Assembly: GCA_030390025.1 (NCBI GenBank)
Contig: CM059431.1
Span: 158,102,001 to 158,166,000, forward strand
Length of the DNA stretch: 64,000 bases
Direction of reading: 5' to 3'
Origin: Squalus acanthias
Taxonomy: Eukaryota
The notes beneath the pieces were generated by a model. The model searched no databases. It saw only the letters and a list, made by a program, of their open reading frames with translations, and was not told the DNA's origin. Each line of letters starts with the position of its first letter. The first letter of the stretch is position 1. Shown here one piece after another: positions 23,548 through 37,055 of the stretch. Position numbers and translations under genes: made by a program.

Positions 23548-25557
23548 CAATTTACCAAGATCGACTTCTGCAATTACTGTCGTAATTTAAAAATCTTCAT
23601 TTGCAGAAGCTCAATGTCCAACAGCAGACGGCCCATTATCCTCAAGCTTGTTTCCTGGTACTTGAGAAATGTTTGATGTGTACGGCTACTGTGCTTATTT
23701 CTATGAATGTCTGGGCAGTAAAGTGTAAAATGACTTTTGGCTGACTCATTGTTCAGAACCGTTTTAGACTTTTTATTTGTTGACGATTAATTCGTCCTTC
23801 ATAGAACTGATCTGTTAAATATGTGTCTCCTGAAATACAATGACTACACAAATGACGTTGATCATATTCAAGAGATGGAACTACAGCACAAAGATACCCT
23901 CCGCAAACAGAATGAGAAACTGACAGTCAATACCACTGTAGGCAAACAAAGATATCGAATATTTTTTTCTGGATGAAAAATACAATAATGTAACGATTGT
24001 TGCTTCTCTGCATGAGCGGAGACTGGTGGAAAAGAAACTGAAGTCCCGAGGTAGAGAGCGTGATGAATTACAGAGGAAAAACTTCGAGAACGAACAGTAA
24101 GAAATTCATCTCGATCAATTGTTGGGTTTCGCTAAAACAGGCAGGTCTGGGACAACTGCGGTAATTGGGGCCTCGGGGTGTGGGAAAAGCACCATGATGC
24201 AGAAGATAATCCGTGATTGGGCCGCTGGGTAATTATACGAACAGATTAAATGTGTCTTTCCTTTTAAGGTTCGACCATTGAATTTAATAAATTGAAAAAC
24301 ATGTCTAAATAGCCTGAATCTTGATTCCTACCCCGATTTCGAGAAGGAGTTGGAACTTTTCTGCCAAGAGCACGGAAATATTACTTTATATTTGATGATT
24401 TAGACCAATTTGAGGAAACCATTGATTTCACCGATAATCAGAGAAACAACGACCCCAAAAATCTGTGTTTCGATCCCGAGTGCTGCTGTGAAGTTTCAGA
24501 CATCGTGCGCTGCCTCATACAGGGAGAATTGCTGCTCAGTGCTGATAATAAGCCGGCCGTGGAAACTGGAGTCAGCGGGAAAGGCAAACATACATTTGTC
24601 GGTCGAAATCCAGGGTTTCACCTCTGAGAAAATAGAACAATACTTTCGTCGTTATTTTGTAGATGAACAATTTGGGACAGATGTAATCGAGTACATTGAG
24701 CAGAATAAGATATTGTTCACCATGTGCAATAATGCTCTGTACTGCTCGGTCCTCGCTTCACTATTAGAGTCACACCGGTCAGAAGGAGTGAGGGAGAGAT
24801 CATTGTTTGTCTCAACCAGCACATGGGTGTTATCGAGTTACGTCACAGTCCTTTTAGAGAGATGCGGTTGTGACGCGTTAAACTCTCGCGACATGTTGCT
24901 TAAAATTGGGCGTGGGAGTTTGCAACAAAACCGTTTTGATTAAGTTAGACCAATTCAATCGCCACATATTCGAACTTCTTAATCTTATCTGTGCGTTTAT
25001 GATGGAGATTCCAGACAAAGACATGTGTACTGTTGTCTACACATTCACTCACTGCGTTATGCAGGACTTTGTCGCTGCTCTTGCATAAAGTACAGCAGGA
25101 CTTGGACTGACACGATTGCTCAATGGCGCTGACGAGAGATTTAAGACATTTTCACGGTTTCTTGTTGGTGTTTGCTCACGGTATTCAACTGGTCAGCTTG
25201 AGCTGGAATTGGGTTCATTTCCTTCTGAAAAAATCGCTAGTGTGTCGCATTGGCTCCAAAAATATTTCAACACAGCGTGATAAAAACTTAAAAGAAGGGC
25301 ACACCCAATGGACGTTCTTAAACATATTGGATTATTTTCGTGCTTTCGGAGACACAGACCTGATGCAGGCCGCATTAACACTGATAAAGAAAGTAATTTT
25401 CAAACAATGTCCTCTTAAACCTTGTGACTGTGCGATTCTTTCAAACACGTTCGTGGCCGTTGAACTCATGGAAGAGCAGAATATGGACACTTGCGTTGTA
25501 CAAGATGAAGGGATCCGTCAGCTGGAGCCCATGATGCACAAATGTAAAAGGCTCAGG
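23548..25557 (+). pseudogene. NLR NACHT pseudo-exon, right copy
   Basis: FISNA-like ELQHKDTLRKQNEKLTV, Walker A VIGASGCGKSTMMQKIIRDWAAG (~24160-24230), FDDLDQ Walker B-like, CSVLIISRP and YTFTHCVMQDF. There are stops and frameshifts, including TAA 25086-25088, which is shared with the left copy. The 5' limit is approximate. Confidence 0.9.
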
Positions 25558-25823
25558 ATTAAAAACAGAAACTGCTGGAGAAACGCAGCAGCTCAGACAG
25601 CATCTGTGAAGAGAGAAACAGAGTTAACGTTTCAGGTCGATGACCTTTCTTCAGAACTGGAAAAAAGCACGAAATGGAATAGATTTTTAAGCAAGTGTAG
25701 AGGCTGGGAAAGAGGAGAGGGGAGGAAAGAACAAAAGGGAAGGTCAGTGATAGGCTAGAAGGCGGAAGAGTTTGAGAGAAATTAAGAGATATTCCGGCAT
25801 CTGCTGTATTTGTTTTGTATTAC
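25558..25823 (-). mobile_element. Penelope-like-derived element with a hammerhead motif (25622-25659, minus) at the NLR splice donor
   Basis: TSD tgtaaaaggctcagg (25543-25557) / tgtaaaatactcagg (25824-25838); the GT donor now follows the second copy. Confidence 0.8.
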
Positions 25824-27357
25824 TGTAAAATACTCAGGTATTGCGTAGAAATAGTTACAATTGCATTAGAAACAACAACTGTTTTATTTGTATGTGGGAA
25901 AATATTGGTGAAAAGCAAAACCTATTCTCGATTCGTCCCATTAATAAGCACATTCTCTCACTCCAATGTGTTCAATGGAATGGCAAGAGACGGCATTGGT
26001 GTTTCTGTTGCAGAAATACCTGGAAGCTTTGTGCTGCTTATTTAAAGAGATCCGAATGGATGTTAACAACATCACATCCGAATTTAGCGCACTCTTTGTA
26101 CCATCTGGGACTCTGAATTAACCAGTGGGATATAAGAACATCATCTGTTCGATTACTTTCAGAAAAAATCGCAATTTCACAGAACCTTACAGCACAGAAG
26201 AAGGTCATTCAGCTTATCATACACATGCCGGCTCTTCCAAACAGTTCTCTAATTAGGCCCACTTTCCTGCTCTTTCCCCATAGCTCTACAATTAACTCCC
26301 ATTCATGTATTTATCGAATTCCCTTTTGAAAGGAACGATAGAATCTGCTTCCACCATTCTTTCAGGCACTGCATTGCAGCTCCTATCAACTTGCTGCATA
26401 AAGCAAATTCTCCCCATCTCACCTCTGTTTTCTTTGCCAATTCACTTAAATCTTTGTCCTCCAGTAACTGCCATTGGTACCTGGTCATTAAGAAAATATT
26501 TAGCTTTGTGTTAAACAAAAAAACAAAGAAAATTGCTTTAATTTGGCAGTTTAATTAAATTACAAGCTGTTGGAAAATTCTAAATTCTCTGACAGAACGG
26601 ATTTGCCGAATCAGTAACTTTGTTGTTGAGCTCACTGATGCCAATTGAGACAATTGGATATATGTGCTCGTCTGCTCTTCCTCAAACTCTCAGCACTCTT
26701 TCCAGCGGCATCGCTATATTAAGGCATGATGAGAGGCCTGGAGGAAAAGAATATGACGTTGAATATGGCTCCACCTCTTCTTCTACATATTCGAGTGATA
26801 TGTTAAAATCAACCTGATTGGTTCGCCAATAAAGTTCTCAGCAAATCCTGTGTGTTTCGGCCAGTAATTTAGTGTATTTGTGAACCTCAAAGCATCGAAA
26901 AGATACATTTCCTAAAATAGAGAAAAGATCGGGGGTACGTTCCCCATATTTATCCTAAATGTACTTTATTGAATGAAGAGAATCATTCCCTGAGAGACAT
27001 TTGTAGTGAATTTATCTTCGTTGCAGACCAGACGTTTACAGCATTTAAACCGCCAACTAGTCATTGCTTACTTTACATGTATACGTTTCATAATGTGTGG
27101 TTACATTTTGACCTCGGGCGTTAGAGGAATTTCCGGGTTAAGCAACCACATTCTCTGCTGGTCACTGAATATACCGCATGCGCTATATACAATTAACTTA
27201 ATGCAAGTCATAGAATAGAAGTTGAATTGCGTGTCCTATATTCGAGACTTCGATGTGCACAACGTACCCCACGTTCGATATACTAATTAATTAGCAATAA
27301 TTTCTGCTTGATGCATTATTCCATATTCTTTACTGAGTTTTTTGATTTTGTGTTTAG

Positions 27358-27444
27358 ACTCAATGAGAATAAACTGGGAGATTCGGGAGTGAAACGGCTC
27401 TCTGCAGTTCTTAAGAAAAATTATTGTAAAATAAAGAGACTGGA
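27358..27444 (+). pseudogene. 87-nt LRR exon of the right-arm NLR
   Basis: ttttgtgtttag| ...LNENKLGDSGVKRLSAVLKKNYCKIKRLE |gtgagt. This is a ribonuclease-inhibitor-type LRR with the same length and phase as exon 51594-51680. Confidence 0.9.
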
Positions 27445-27707
27445 GTGAGTAGTTGTGTTAAAATATTGAGCAGCACCACCAGAAGGATATTTCTGGATAA
27501 AAATGTCTGGGTTATTGATGATCAGCAAATCTCTCTGTTCAATTAACTTTAAGACGGAATTAATCTTGAAAGGGAGAGAGCGTACAAACATCAGGAACAG
27601 GATTCCCCCGGAATTTTGCATTTCCACAAAATGATTTGCAAGTGGTGACTATTTTAACATGCGTGCGTTTTTTTATATTATCTCTGTTTATTTTTCGATC
27701 ACTGCAG

Positions 27708-27893
27708 GTTAAAATCTAACTATCTCTCAGATGATTGTATGGAAAGTATAATCTCTGCTCTCCGTGTAAATGGTTCACTGACGGAGCTGGACCTGAGTAA
27801 CGATAATTAGGATGACGAACAGGCCAACAGATTGACTGAAAATATCAGTTCCGTCATTTTGCCATCTCATCCAGTGAATCTCAAGGAAATCAG
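27708..27893 (+). pseudogene. Second LRR exon of the right-arm NLR, with an in-frame stop
   Basis: actgcag| LKSNYLSDDCMESIISALRVNGSLTELDLSNDN*DDEQANRLTEN...KEIR |gtgact, with TAG at 27808-27810. Paralogous to exon 51222-51413. Confidence 0.85.
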
Positions 27894-28106
27894 GTGACTT
27901 TCGCGGTTTATTATTAATTAAATGTTATTTCACGCGTACAATATATTTCATCCCTTTATTTTAATAAATGGACTTGTAATGGATAATAGTTATTTTTTGA
28001 AAATTTGACTCCTTCATAAGTGTAAACACGATTATTTTGAATGAATCTAAGAATATCGCTAATCACAGTGAACAGAATACTCCTTTTTGATTTTTTCTGA
28101 TTTCGT

Positions 28107-29100
28107 TATTTTGTTTCAGAGTGTATCAGCATCCAAACATATGTGTATGGGGTTTCACAGTGTATCAGGATCCTGACAGGTGTGTACTTGGTTTCAGTTG
28201 ATCTTGATCCTGTCAGGTGTGTATGCGGATTCACAGTGTATCAGGATCCTGACATCTGTGTACCAGGTTTCACAGTTTATTGGGATCCTGCCGGTGTGAT
28301 TGGGGATTCATAGTGCATCAGGAAAATGCCATGAATGTATGGGCTTTCAAATTTTGTAGGGATCATATCAGGTATCTTCGGATTCAACAGTGTATTAAAA
28401 TCCTGCTAGGTGTTTATGGTTTTCACACTGTATCAGCATCCTGCCAGGTATGTTTGAGGCTTCACAGCTTATCAGGCACCTGCCATTTGTGATTGGTGTT
28501 TTGATTGTAACGGGAATCTGCGAAAAATATTTTAAGGTTTAAAAGTTTATCAGGATCCTGTCATAATATTAAGGGTTTTTACTGTATATGGCGATCCTGC
28601 CAGGTGTGTATCGGGTTTCACAATTTATCAGGATCCTGCCACGTTTGCAAGGGTTTCACAGTGTATCGGGATTCTGCCAGGTGTGCAAAGGCTTCACAGT
28701 GTATGGGGATCCTGCCACATGTGCAAGGGTTTCACAGTGTATCGGGATCCTGCCAGGTGAGTATGGGGTTTCACAGTGCATCAGGATCCTGTCAGGTGTC
28801 TATGGGGTTTCACAGTGCATCAGGATCCTGCCAGGTGAGCAAAGGTTTTACAGTGTATTAGGATCCTGCCTGGTGTGTATGGGGTTTCAAAGTGTATCAG
28901 GAACCTGCAAGTTATATATGGTGCTTCACTGTAAATCGGTACGCTGCCAGGTGTGCACGGTGTTTCAAAAATTAACAGGTACCTGCAAATAATGCATGGG
29001 GTGTTAGAGTGTATTAGGATTCTGCAAGTTTTGTATGAAGATTCGCATTCTATCGAATCCTGCCAGTTTTGTATGGGGCCTCACAGTTTATCAGAACTCA
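28107..29100 (+). repeat. 39-bp minisatellite
   Basis: Consensus gtgtatcaggatcctgccaggtgtgtatggggtttcaca; ggatcc recurs at 28745, 28784 and 28823. Confidence 0.92.
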
Positions 29101-29417
29101 ATCAGTTTCTGCTCCAGCCGCAATACCGAAACGGCTATAATCAAAATCGCAAAAGACATGCTTTGTGACTATCACAAAGGTAAACTCTCTCTGCTCGTAC
29201 TCCACGACCTGCCTGCAGACTTTGAATCGGTTGACCACGCCATTTTCCTACAACGCCTCTCCACCGTCGTCCAGCTGGGTGTGACTGCAACACTCCGGTT
29301 CCATTGTTATCTCTCTAATAGTAGCCACCGAATCACCTGTAATGGCTTTTCTTCCCGCTCCCGCACCGTTCCCTCTGGTGCACACCCCTCCCAGGAATGT
29401 ATACTTGGCCCCCTCCT
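29100..29417 (+). mobile_element. L2-type LINE RT fragment
   Basis: TETAIIKI..D......LSLLVLHDLPADFESVDHAIFLQRL...VPSG....ILGPLL. Confidence 0.75.
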
Positions 29418-29925
29418 CATAGAGTCATAGAGTCATAACGGCACAGAACGAGGCCAATAGGCCCATCGAGTCCGTGCCGTCCCACTGTAGAGCAATTCAG
29501 TCAGTCCCTTTCCCCGCTCTTTCCCTGTAGCCCTGCAAACTTACTTCCCTCAAGTGCCTATCCAGTTTCCCCTGAAAAACATTGGTGTCTCCGCTTCCAC
29601 CACTTCCGTCGGCAGCGAGTTCCAGGTTCTCAACACTCGCTGTGGAAGAATGTTTTTTTTTTCTCAAATCCCCCTGTATCTCTTGGCAAGACCTTGTATC
29701 TGTGTCCCCTAGTCCTTGTTGCATCAAGTAGTGGGAACAGTCTTTCCCCATATAGCCTATCCAAGCCGGTCATAATCTTGTACACTTCTATCAAATCACC
29801 CCTCAACCTCCTTTGATCGAAAGAAAACAAATCCAGCTTTTCTAACTTGTCCTTGTAGCTAACATACCTCAACCCCTGAAACATTCTGGTAATTCTCCTC
29901 TGCACCCTCTCAAGAGCATTCACAA
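29418..29925 (-). mobile_element. CR1 3' fragment
   Basis: ALERVQRRITRM...RGDLIEVYKIM, with an (atagagtc)n tail at the left end. Confidence 0.85.
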
Positions 29926-32470
29926 TAGCAATACTTTTGGACAGAGTAAAAATCAACAAATAATGGAGGCCTGTAAAAAAGGTACGGTAATAATCATGGG
30001 TGATTTTAATCTCATTATTTATTGGACGAATCAAATTGGCCATGGTAGCGTTGAGCAGGAGTTCATAGAATGCATCCGGGATGGTTTCCGAGAACAGTAT
30101 GTAATGGAATCAAACAGGGAGCAGGCTATCTTGGATCTGGTACTGTGTAATGAGGCAGAATTAAGAACTCATCTCATAATAAAGGATCCTCTAGGAAAGA
30201 GTTGATTTAGCATGGTTGATTTTGAAATTTAGTTGCAGGGTGACAAAGTTGTATGTCAAACAAATGTCCTGATCTTAATCAAAAGCAATTACAATGGCAT
30301 GAGGGCAGAATTGGCTAAAGTGGACGTGAAAAATATGTTAAAGGGTAAGACAGTTGAAATGCTATGGCGGACATTGAAGGAGATATTTCATAACTCTCAA
30401 CAAAAATATATTCCAGTGAGAGAGAAAGATCTTAAGAGAAGGGAGCACCATCCGTGGCTAACCAAGGAAGTAAAGGATGGTATCAAATTGAAAACGAAGG
30501 CTTACGATATTGCCAAGATTGGTGGGAGTCCAGAGGATTGAATTTTTTTATTAACCAGCCAAGGATGACTAAAAAAAATTACAAAGAGAGAGCAGATGAA
30601 TTATGAGAGTAATCTGGCAAGAAATATTAAAACAGTTTGTAAGAGCTTCAATAGGAATATAAAAAGGAATAGAGTTGATAATGTAAACGTTGGTCCCGTA
30701 GAGGATGAGACTGAAGAATTAAGAATGCGGAACGGGGAAATGACAGAGTCTGTGAAAAAATATTTTGTATCATTCTTCATGGTGGAAGATACTAACAACA
30801 TCCCAATAATGGATAATCAGGGGGCCAGATGGAGGGGGGAACTAAAGACAATCGCTGTCACTAAGGAAAAGTATTAGTAAAATAATGGGAATAAAACATG
30901 ACAAGACCACTGGACCGGAATGCCTGCATCCCAGGGTCTTAAAAGAAGTTGCTGCAGAGATAGTGGATGCATTGCTTGCAATATACCAAAATTCCCTGGA
31001 CTCTGGAGAGGTCCCAGCGGATTGAAAAAAACCGCACATGTAACACCCCTATTTAAGAAAAGAGTGAGACAGAAAGCAGGCAACTATAGACCAGTTAGCC
31101 GAACATTTGTCGTTGGGAAAATGCTGGAGTCCTTCATTAAGGAAGCAGTAGCAGGGCATTTGGAAAATCATAATGCAGTCAAGCGAAATCAGCATGGCTT
31201 TATGAATGGAAAAACTTGTTTAACAACATTTCTGCAGTTCTTTGAGGATGTGACAAGCAGGTTGGACAAAGGTGAGCCAGTGGATGTGGTGCATTTGAAG
31301 ATACAGAAGGCATTCGATAAGGTGCAACATGAAATGTTATTGCATAAGGTAAGAGCTCACGGAGTTGGGGTTGATATATTAGAATGGATGGAGAATTGTC
31401 TAACTAACAGAAAGCAGAGAGTCGGGATAAATGGGGAATTTTACGGTTGGAAAACGGTAATTAGTGCGGTGCCACAAGAATCCGTGCTGGGGCCTCAACT
31501 ATTTCCAATCTACATTAATGACTTGGATGAATGGAGCGAGTGTAATGTAGCCAAGTTGGTGGATGATACAAAGATGGGTGGGATAGCAAGTTGTGGAGAG
31601 GACTCAAAGTATCTGCAACGTTATATAGACAGGCTATGTGAGTGGGCAAACATTTGGCAGATGGAGTATAATGTGGGAAAGTGCGAGGATATCCACTTTG
31701 GCAGGAAACATAAAAAAGCTTATTCTAATTTAAATGGAGAGAGATTACAAAATGCTACAGTTCAGAGGGACCTGGGGTGTCCTTGTGCATGGAACACAAA
31801 AAGATATCATGCAGGTGCAACACGTAATCAAAAAGGCAAATGCAATTTTGGCCTTTATTTCAAGGGGGTTAGAGTATTAAAGCAGGGACGTCCTGCTACA
31901 ACTGCACAGGGTATTGGTGAGACCACACCTTGAGTAATGCGTACAGTTTTGGTGTCCTTATTTAAGGAAGGATATAGTTGCATTGGAGACAGTTCAGAGA
32001 CGATTCACTAGGTTAATTCCAGAGATGAAGGGGTAAACTTATGACCAGGTTGGGTCTATAATATTTGAATTTAGAAGAATGTGAGGTGTTCTTATTGAAA
32101 CATATAAGATACTTAGCGATCTCGACAAGGTGGATGCCGAGAGGATGTTGCCCCTCGTTGGGAAATCTAGAACTCATGGGCATAGTTTCAGAATAAAGGT
32201 CGCCATTTTAGAACTGAGATGAGGAGGAATTTCTTCTCTCAGCGGATCGTAAACATGTGGAATTCTCTGCCGCATTGAGCTGTGGAGGCTGGGTCATTTA
32301 AGCTGGAGATAGAGACATTTTTTGCAAGATAAGGGAGTGAAGGGGTATGGGGAGCGGAGAGGGAAGTAGCTTAGAGCCCAAGATAAGCGATGATCTTATT
32401 GAATGGCGGAGTAGGTTCGAGGAGTCAAATGGGCTATTACTGCTCCTATTTTTAAGTTCTCAAGTTTTTA
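29926..32470 (+). mobile_element. Decayed CR1 ORF2 (APE C-terminus, RT) and 3' UTR
   Basis: IMGDFN, PLFKK...NYRPVS, QKAFDKV and VLGPQLF.IYINDL; many frameshifts. Confidence 0.92.
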
Positions 32471-33155
32471 TTCTCCCTAATGTGTAGTGACCAGAACTGG
32501 ATACAATACTCCAGTTTTCGCATAACCAGCGCTTTGTAAAGTTTCAGCTTAACTTATTTACTTTTGTAGTAAATACCTCTAATTATGAAGACCAAGATTC
32601 CATATGTTTTGTTAACCACTCTCTCACTATGACCTGCCACCTTCAGGGACCTATTCACATTAATTCCCAGGTCCTTCTGTCCTGCACACTCTTTAAAATG
32701 TTGCCATTAATTGTATATTGCCTCTCCCTGTTCCTTCTGCCAAAATGCATCACCTCACACTTCTCTGTATTAAATTCCTTCTGCCACTTGTCTGCCCATT
32801 CTGCTAGCCCTTCTATGTCCTGTTGCAGTCGATTGGTATCATCTTGACTTTTTGCACACACCCCGACGTTATGTGTCATCTGCAAATTTAGAAATTCTAC
32901 GCTGTATTCCAATATCCAGATTTTTATGTATATATAAAAAAATAGTGGCCCCAGCACTGAGCCTTGGGGAACACCACTGTCTACCATCCTCCACTCTGAA
33001 AAAAAGCCATTTACCACAACTCGCTGTTCTCTGTCCTTAAGCCAATTCCTTATCCAAGCAGCAACTGACCCAGCTATTCATGTAACTCCATTTTGTTAAA
33101 TAGACTTGCATGTGGTATTTTGTTAAACGCCTCCCGAAAATCCATGTAGACAACT
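32471..33155 (-). mobile_element. CR1 RT fragment
   Basis: [14 protein letters not shown]...WADKWQKEFNTEKCEVMHFG. Confidence 0.88.
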
Positions 33156-33199
33156 GTTCCTTTTATATACTCCGTTCTTGCACTGCTCCCTGCATGTCC

Positions 33200-34832
33200 G
33201 CTCCTTCCGATCTCAGAAGTGGGAATGACCGCTGATGATTTCAGTGCTCAGTTCCCTGCGCTACTGCTCAGATAATGGGTCGGAAATTCGGCTTTCCGAC
33301 TTCCTGCGGGTGCAAGCATCACGCGCGTACTTGCCTACTGCGCATGCAGTTGTGCTTTTTGCCCACGAGGACTTCGGGTCCTGGACCTCCTCCAGCTGCC
33401 AGCGGGCAGTGCCTGCGTATCCCAGGGGTGCAGTTAGGTCGAAGCGTCCCCTGGGATCACGTGGGCGATGGAGAGCAAATCCTAGCAGTGCATTTTCATT
33501 CATAGATTTGACAGGAAGACCTGTCAAATCTATGAATAGAGATCGGCCCCAAAACTAAACTTAAACTTCAAATACATTTAAAAAAAATCCCATTTTTAAA
33601 ATAACTACAAGTTAAATAAATTAACTACTTTAAACAAAAATTAAATTTTTTGAAAAAAATTATTATACATTTTAACGGTGCTAAAAACAAACTTCCCTTT
33701 CTTTAAAGTATCTGAAAAAGATAAACCTGTTGAAAAAATGTTTAAATTGTAATTAATTAACCACTTACCATGTTAAAAACAGGACTTGCACCTCGTCTTT
33801 AAAAGTGTAGCTTCTTCATAGTTACCTTTCCGTAGAAAACGGAAGAAAATACTGAAGTTCGCTGCGTGCGCGGAGTATCTCCCACCCACGCGTTCGACTT
33901 CTAAACCCTTCCGTTCAGGGGAACGGAAGTTCCGGTTTCCCACGCATGCGCAGTGCATGCAGGAACCCGGCACTTCAGATGGCCTGACAGTTGAGTACAC
34001 AACGCGTACTCACCCGACAACAGCCGAATTTCTGGCCCAATGAAGCAGTCTATACACGCATGCAGCAAGACATGGACGACATTCAGGCCTGCCATATGTG
34101 GCAAGTAATATTTGCGCCGCACAAGTTCCAGGCAATAAATATCTCCAACAGGAGAGCGTCTTACCACCGCCCCTTGACATTTAGTGGCATTAACATCTTG
34201 GGAGTGATCATTTTCCAAAAACTTAACTTGACTAGCCACTTTAATATGTAGCTACAAGTGCAGGTTAGAGTCTGGCTATTCTGCGGTGAGTGTCTCACCA
34301 CAATGCACAATTCAAGAGTGTGACGGAATAGTCTCGAATTGCTTGTATGAGTGCAGCTGTAACAACACTCAAGAAACTCGGCACAACCAGTGAAAAGCAG
34401 CCCGCTTGATTGGCACTCTATCCAACACCTTAAACTTTCAGTCCCTCCAGCACCGGCGCAACGTGGGTGCAGTGTATACCGTCTAAAACTTGCAGTGCAG
34501 CTCGCCAGGGCTTCTGCGACAGCACCTCCCAAACCGGCGACCTTCACGACCGAGAAGGACAACGGCAGCAGTTCACATGGGAATACCATCACATCCAAGT
34601 TACCCTCAAAGTCACACAACATCCTGACTTAGAAATATGTCTTCATTCCTTCATTGTCGCTGGGTCAAAATCCTGGTACTCCCTCCGTAACAGCACTGTG
34701 GGAGTACCTTCACCCCACAGACTGCAGCGTTTAAAAGGCAGCTCACCACCACCTTCTGAAGGGCAATTAGGGGTTTAAAATAAATGATGGCCTTACAGGT
34801 GACGCCCACATCCCAGTAACGAATGAAAAAAA
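33200..34832 (+). mobile_element. LINE 3' part of a different CR1/L2-group family, split by a MITE
   Basis: SEVGM.ADD...SDN|EAVYTRMQQDMDDIQA reads continuously across the MITE. The 3' end gggcaattaggg...gacgcccacatccc...aatgaaaaaaa also occurs at ~3690-3780 and ~22585-22670. Confidence 0.7.
33277..34038. mobile_element. PIF/Harbinger-type MITE, copy C (762 bp)
   Basis: TIRs gggtcggaaattcggct / agccgaatttctggccc with a 3-bp AAT TSD. Removing the element restores the host LINE sequence tcagataatgaagcagtc. Confidence 0.85.
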
Positions 34833-34839
34833 TGTAATT

Positions 34840-35620
34840 GGGAACGTAGATGGGGTATGCAAAGCGTCAGAGTAATCTGGGTTATTGAGCCCACAAGGGA
34901 CAGATTATCATGATGCAATTGGGACTGTAGCGCCTGAGCGTACGATGGGCTATGCAGCGGATCATAGTCTCTGGCATATTTCATCTGTAGTTGGTTTGAG
35001 TGCCGTAGGTTATGTAGAGGACCAGGGTACCTGCAGAGGGTCAGAGTACCTAGCAATTATGAACCTGCAGAGCATCAGACTCCCGTCATCTAAAGAGAAT
35101 CAGTGTGCCCTGGGCTACCGGGAAGGTAGAGGAACTACTTATCCTGCAGAGGTTCAAAATGCCTGCGGCTATTGGGACTGTAGAAGCTCAGAGTAACTTG
35201 TGCCATAGGGCTGCTAGGGGATAAGTGTGTCCTGGGCAATCGAGCTGGCAGAGTCGCAAAGTACCATGGGGTATAGTGTGTCTAGAGTTTGTGAGGACCC
35301 TGGGTTATGTAGAGGGTTGGATTTGCCTTGGCTATGCAAAGGATCAGAGTGCCCTGTTCTATGCAGAAGAATAGAATTACATCGGCTATTGCTTTTGCAG
35401 AGGTCCAGAGTACCATGGGCAATATAGAGGGTAAGATGCCATGGAATCATGGGTCTGTAGAGGTTTACACTGTCTATGCTTTTGGGCTCACACAGTATCG
35501 GAGTACCCTGGGCTATTGACCCTGCAATGGGTCCAAATAACCTGCGCTATTGGTCCTACAGCGGCTCAGAGTAACCCGAGCTATTGAGCCTACAGAGGAT
35601 ACAATTACCCTGGACTTTGC
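34840..35620 (+). repeat. Degenerate ~34-bp minisatellite
   Basis: g.gctatt recurs at 35510, 35544 and 35578; units resemble gggctatggg.ctgtagagggtcagagtaccct. Confidence 0.65.
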
Positions 35621-37055
35621 AACGTTAGTTGGTAGCCACGTGGGAGAGGCACCAGCGTTTCCAGGTGCTCCCCTTTTATAGAGGTGCTATCAATCAGACA
35701 TGCCACCCTCTCCTGATCACTATCTCGTGGCCACTGCTTAAAACTGCAATTGAGTTGCTGTCATTCCGGAATCCATCGTCTCGAATTTACTCTCCCTCAC
35801 AGAACATGCGGTGTGGTCTAACACTAAAGAACAATCGGAAGAGGGACTGCACGTGTTTCAGCTTCAGTTGAATCCAGGCCATTTGGTGATAGGCTGGTCT
35901 TCTGAGTGGAGGGGAGGAAACTACCTAAATTTGTATATGGTTACATTTTGGCCCGCTTTTGGTGAGTGTCCATCTTTCCAGAGACTTCAGGACAATGTCG
36001 ATGCCGGTACTCCAGTGTCCTGTCCAGTACATCGGGCAGAACTCCCCAGCTCTTCTTTCAAATTGTGACATTTTATCATTTAAGTCCAGTTGAGAAGCGA
36101 GAACTGGATTCGATTCAATATCTTATCCAAGAGTAGCACATCAAACAGTGAAATGCTCCTTCAGTACTGCGCAGAATTGTCAGCAAATATGCATCGTACC
36201 CCGTCGGTAACCTTATCTCCAACATGCCACAATATTACCGAGGAGAACTCGCCCATGAGTCACTTCTACAATTGAAGTCACAGAGCTACAGCCCGTATCT
36301 ACCAGACACTTCGTGAATCTCAGTAAGGTGCTCCATCTGTGACTACTGTTTCTCCCTGTCAGACTAGCAAAATGTCGCCAAAATCAGTTTATTTACACTT
36401 TATTTGTGCCCTGAGCTGTCCAGCACTGGCTATTGAATGACCACATTCTGAGCAGTGCGATCCACAATCCCTTTCTACCTTGCATAAATAAATCAGTGCA
36501 CGCACGTGCAATTCAGCCCCCATTGCGTTTATTTTATTATTATTTCAATAATTCGTGTATTAGATTTTTTGTAATATATAAAAAATTCTTATGTCTCTAT
36601 GCAGATATATTATACATTCTGATTTCCACATTTCTAATTGATCCTGCGTATCTAGTTATTAAGGTTTAATTACAACCTCGGCGCAGTGGCGGCGCTGCAG
36701 CGCCTCCGGATGACATTGTCCAACTCCTTGCAGAGAAATCCCATGTCATCGGTGAACTCTATCTCACTGCAAGCTAAATTATCTATAGATGTGTTATTAT
36801 GTATCAAATGTAACATGAAATCATAATATTGTGAACAGCGAATACAGTATAATGCATTGAAAGAAGTACTTGTATATCGCTATTTAACCTGGAAGGAGTA
36901 TTTGGGTCACTGAGCAGTGGGAAGGGAGGAAATGCGTCTACTGAGCTCATTTATGTTGTTTTTGTTTCTCTTTGGAATACGTCCCGACAACCAGTTCAAA
37001 AATGCAACTGATTCTGGAGTATCACCTAATTAACATAGTTTCATAATTTTTTTTT

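Larger units (their letters stand above)
18666..26372. repeat. Right arm of the inverted segmental duplication
   Basis: Reverse-complement match to 1-4816, with extra segments 19433-~20820 and 20970-22425 that are absent from the left arm. Confidence 0.95.

Noticed and set aside
817..25557. Head-to-head NLR pair as a plant-style sensor/helper pair
   Set aside because: The two copies are near-identical duplicates with shared inactivating lesions, not functionally differentiated partners.
28588..28992. 13-aa repeat protein or further NLR exon
   Set aside because: It is a translation of the 39-bp minisatellite. The apparent acceptor ttgtttcag at ~28111-28119 is part of a repeat variant also seen at 6135-6226.
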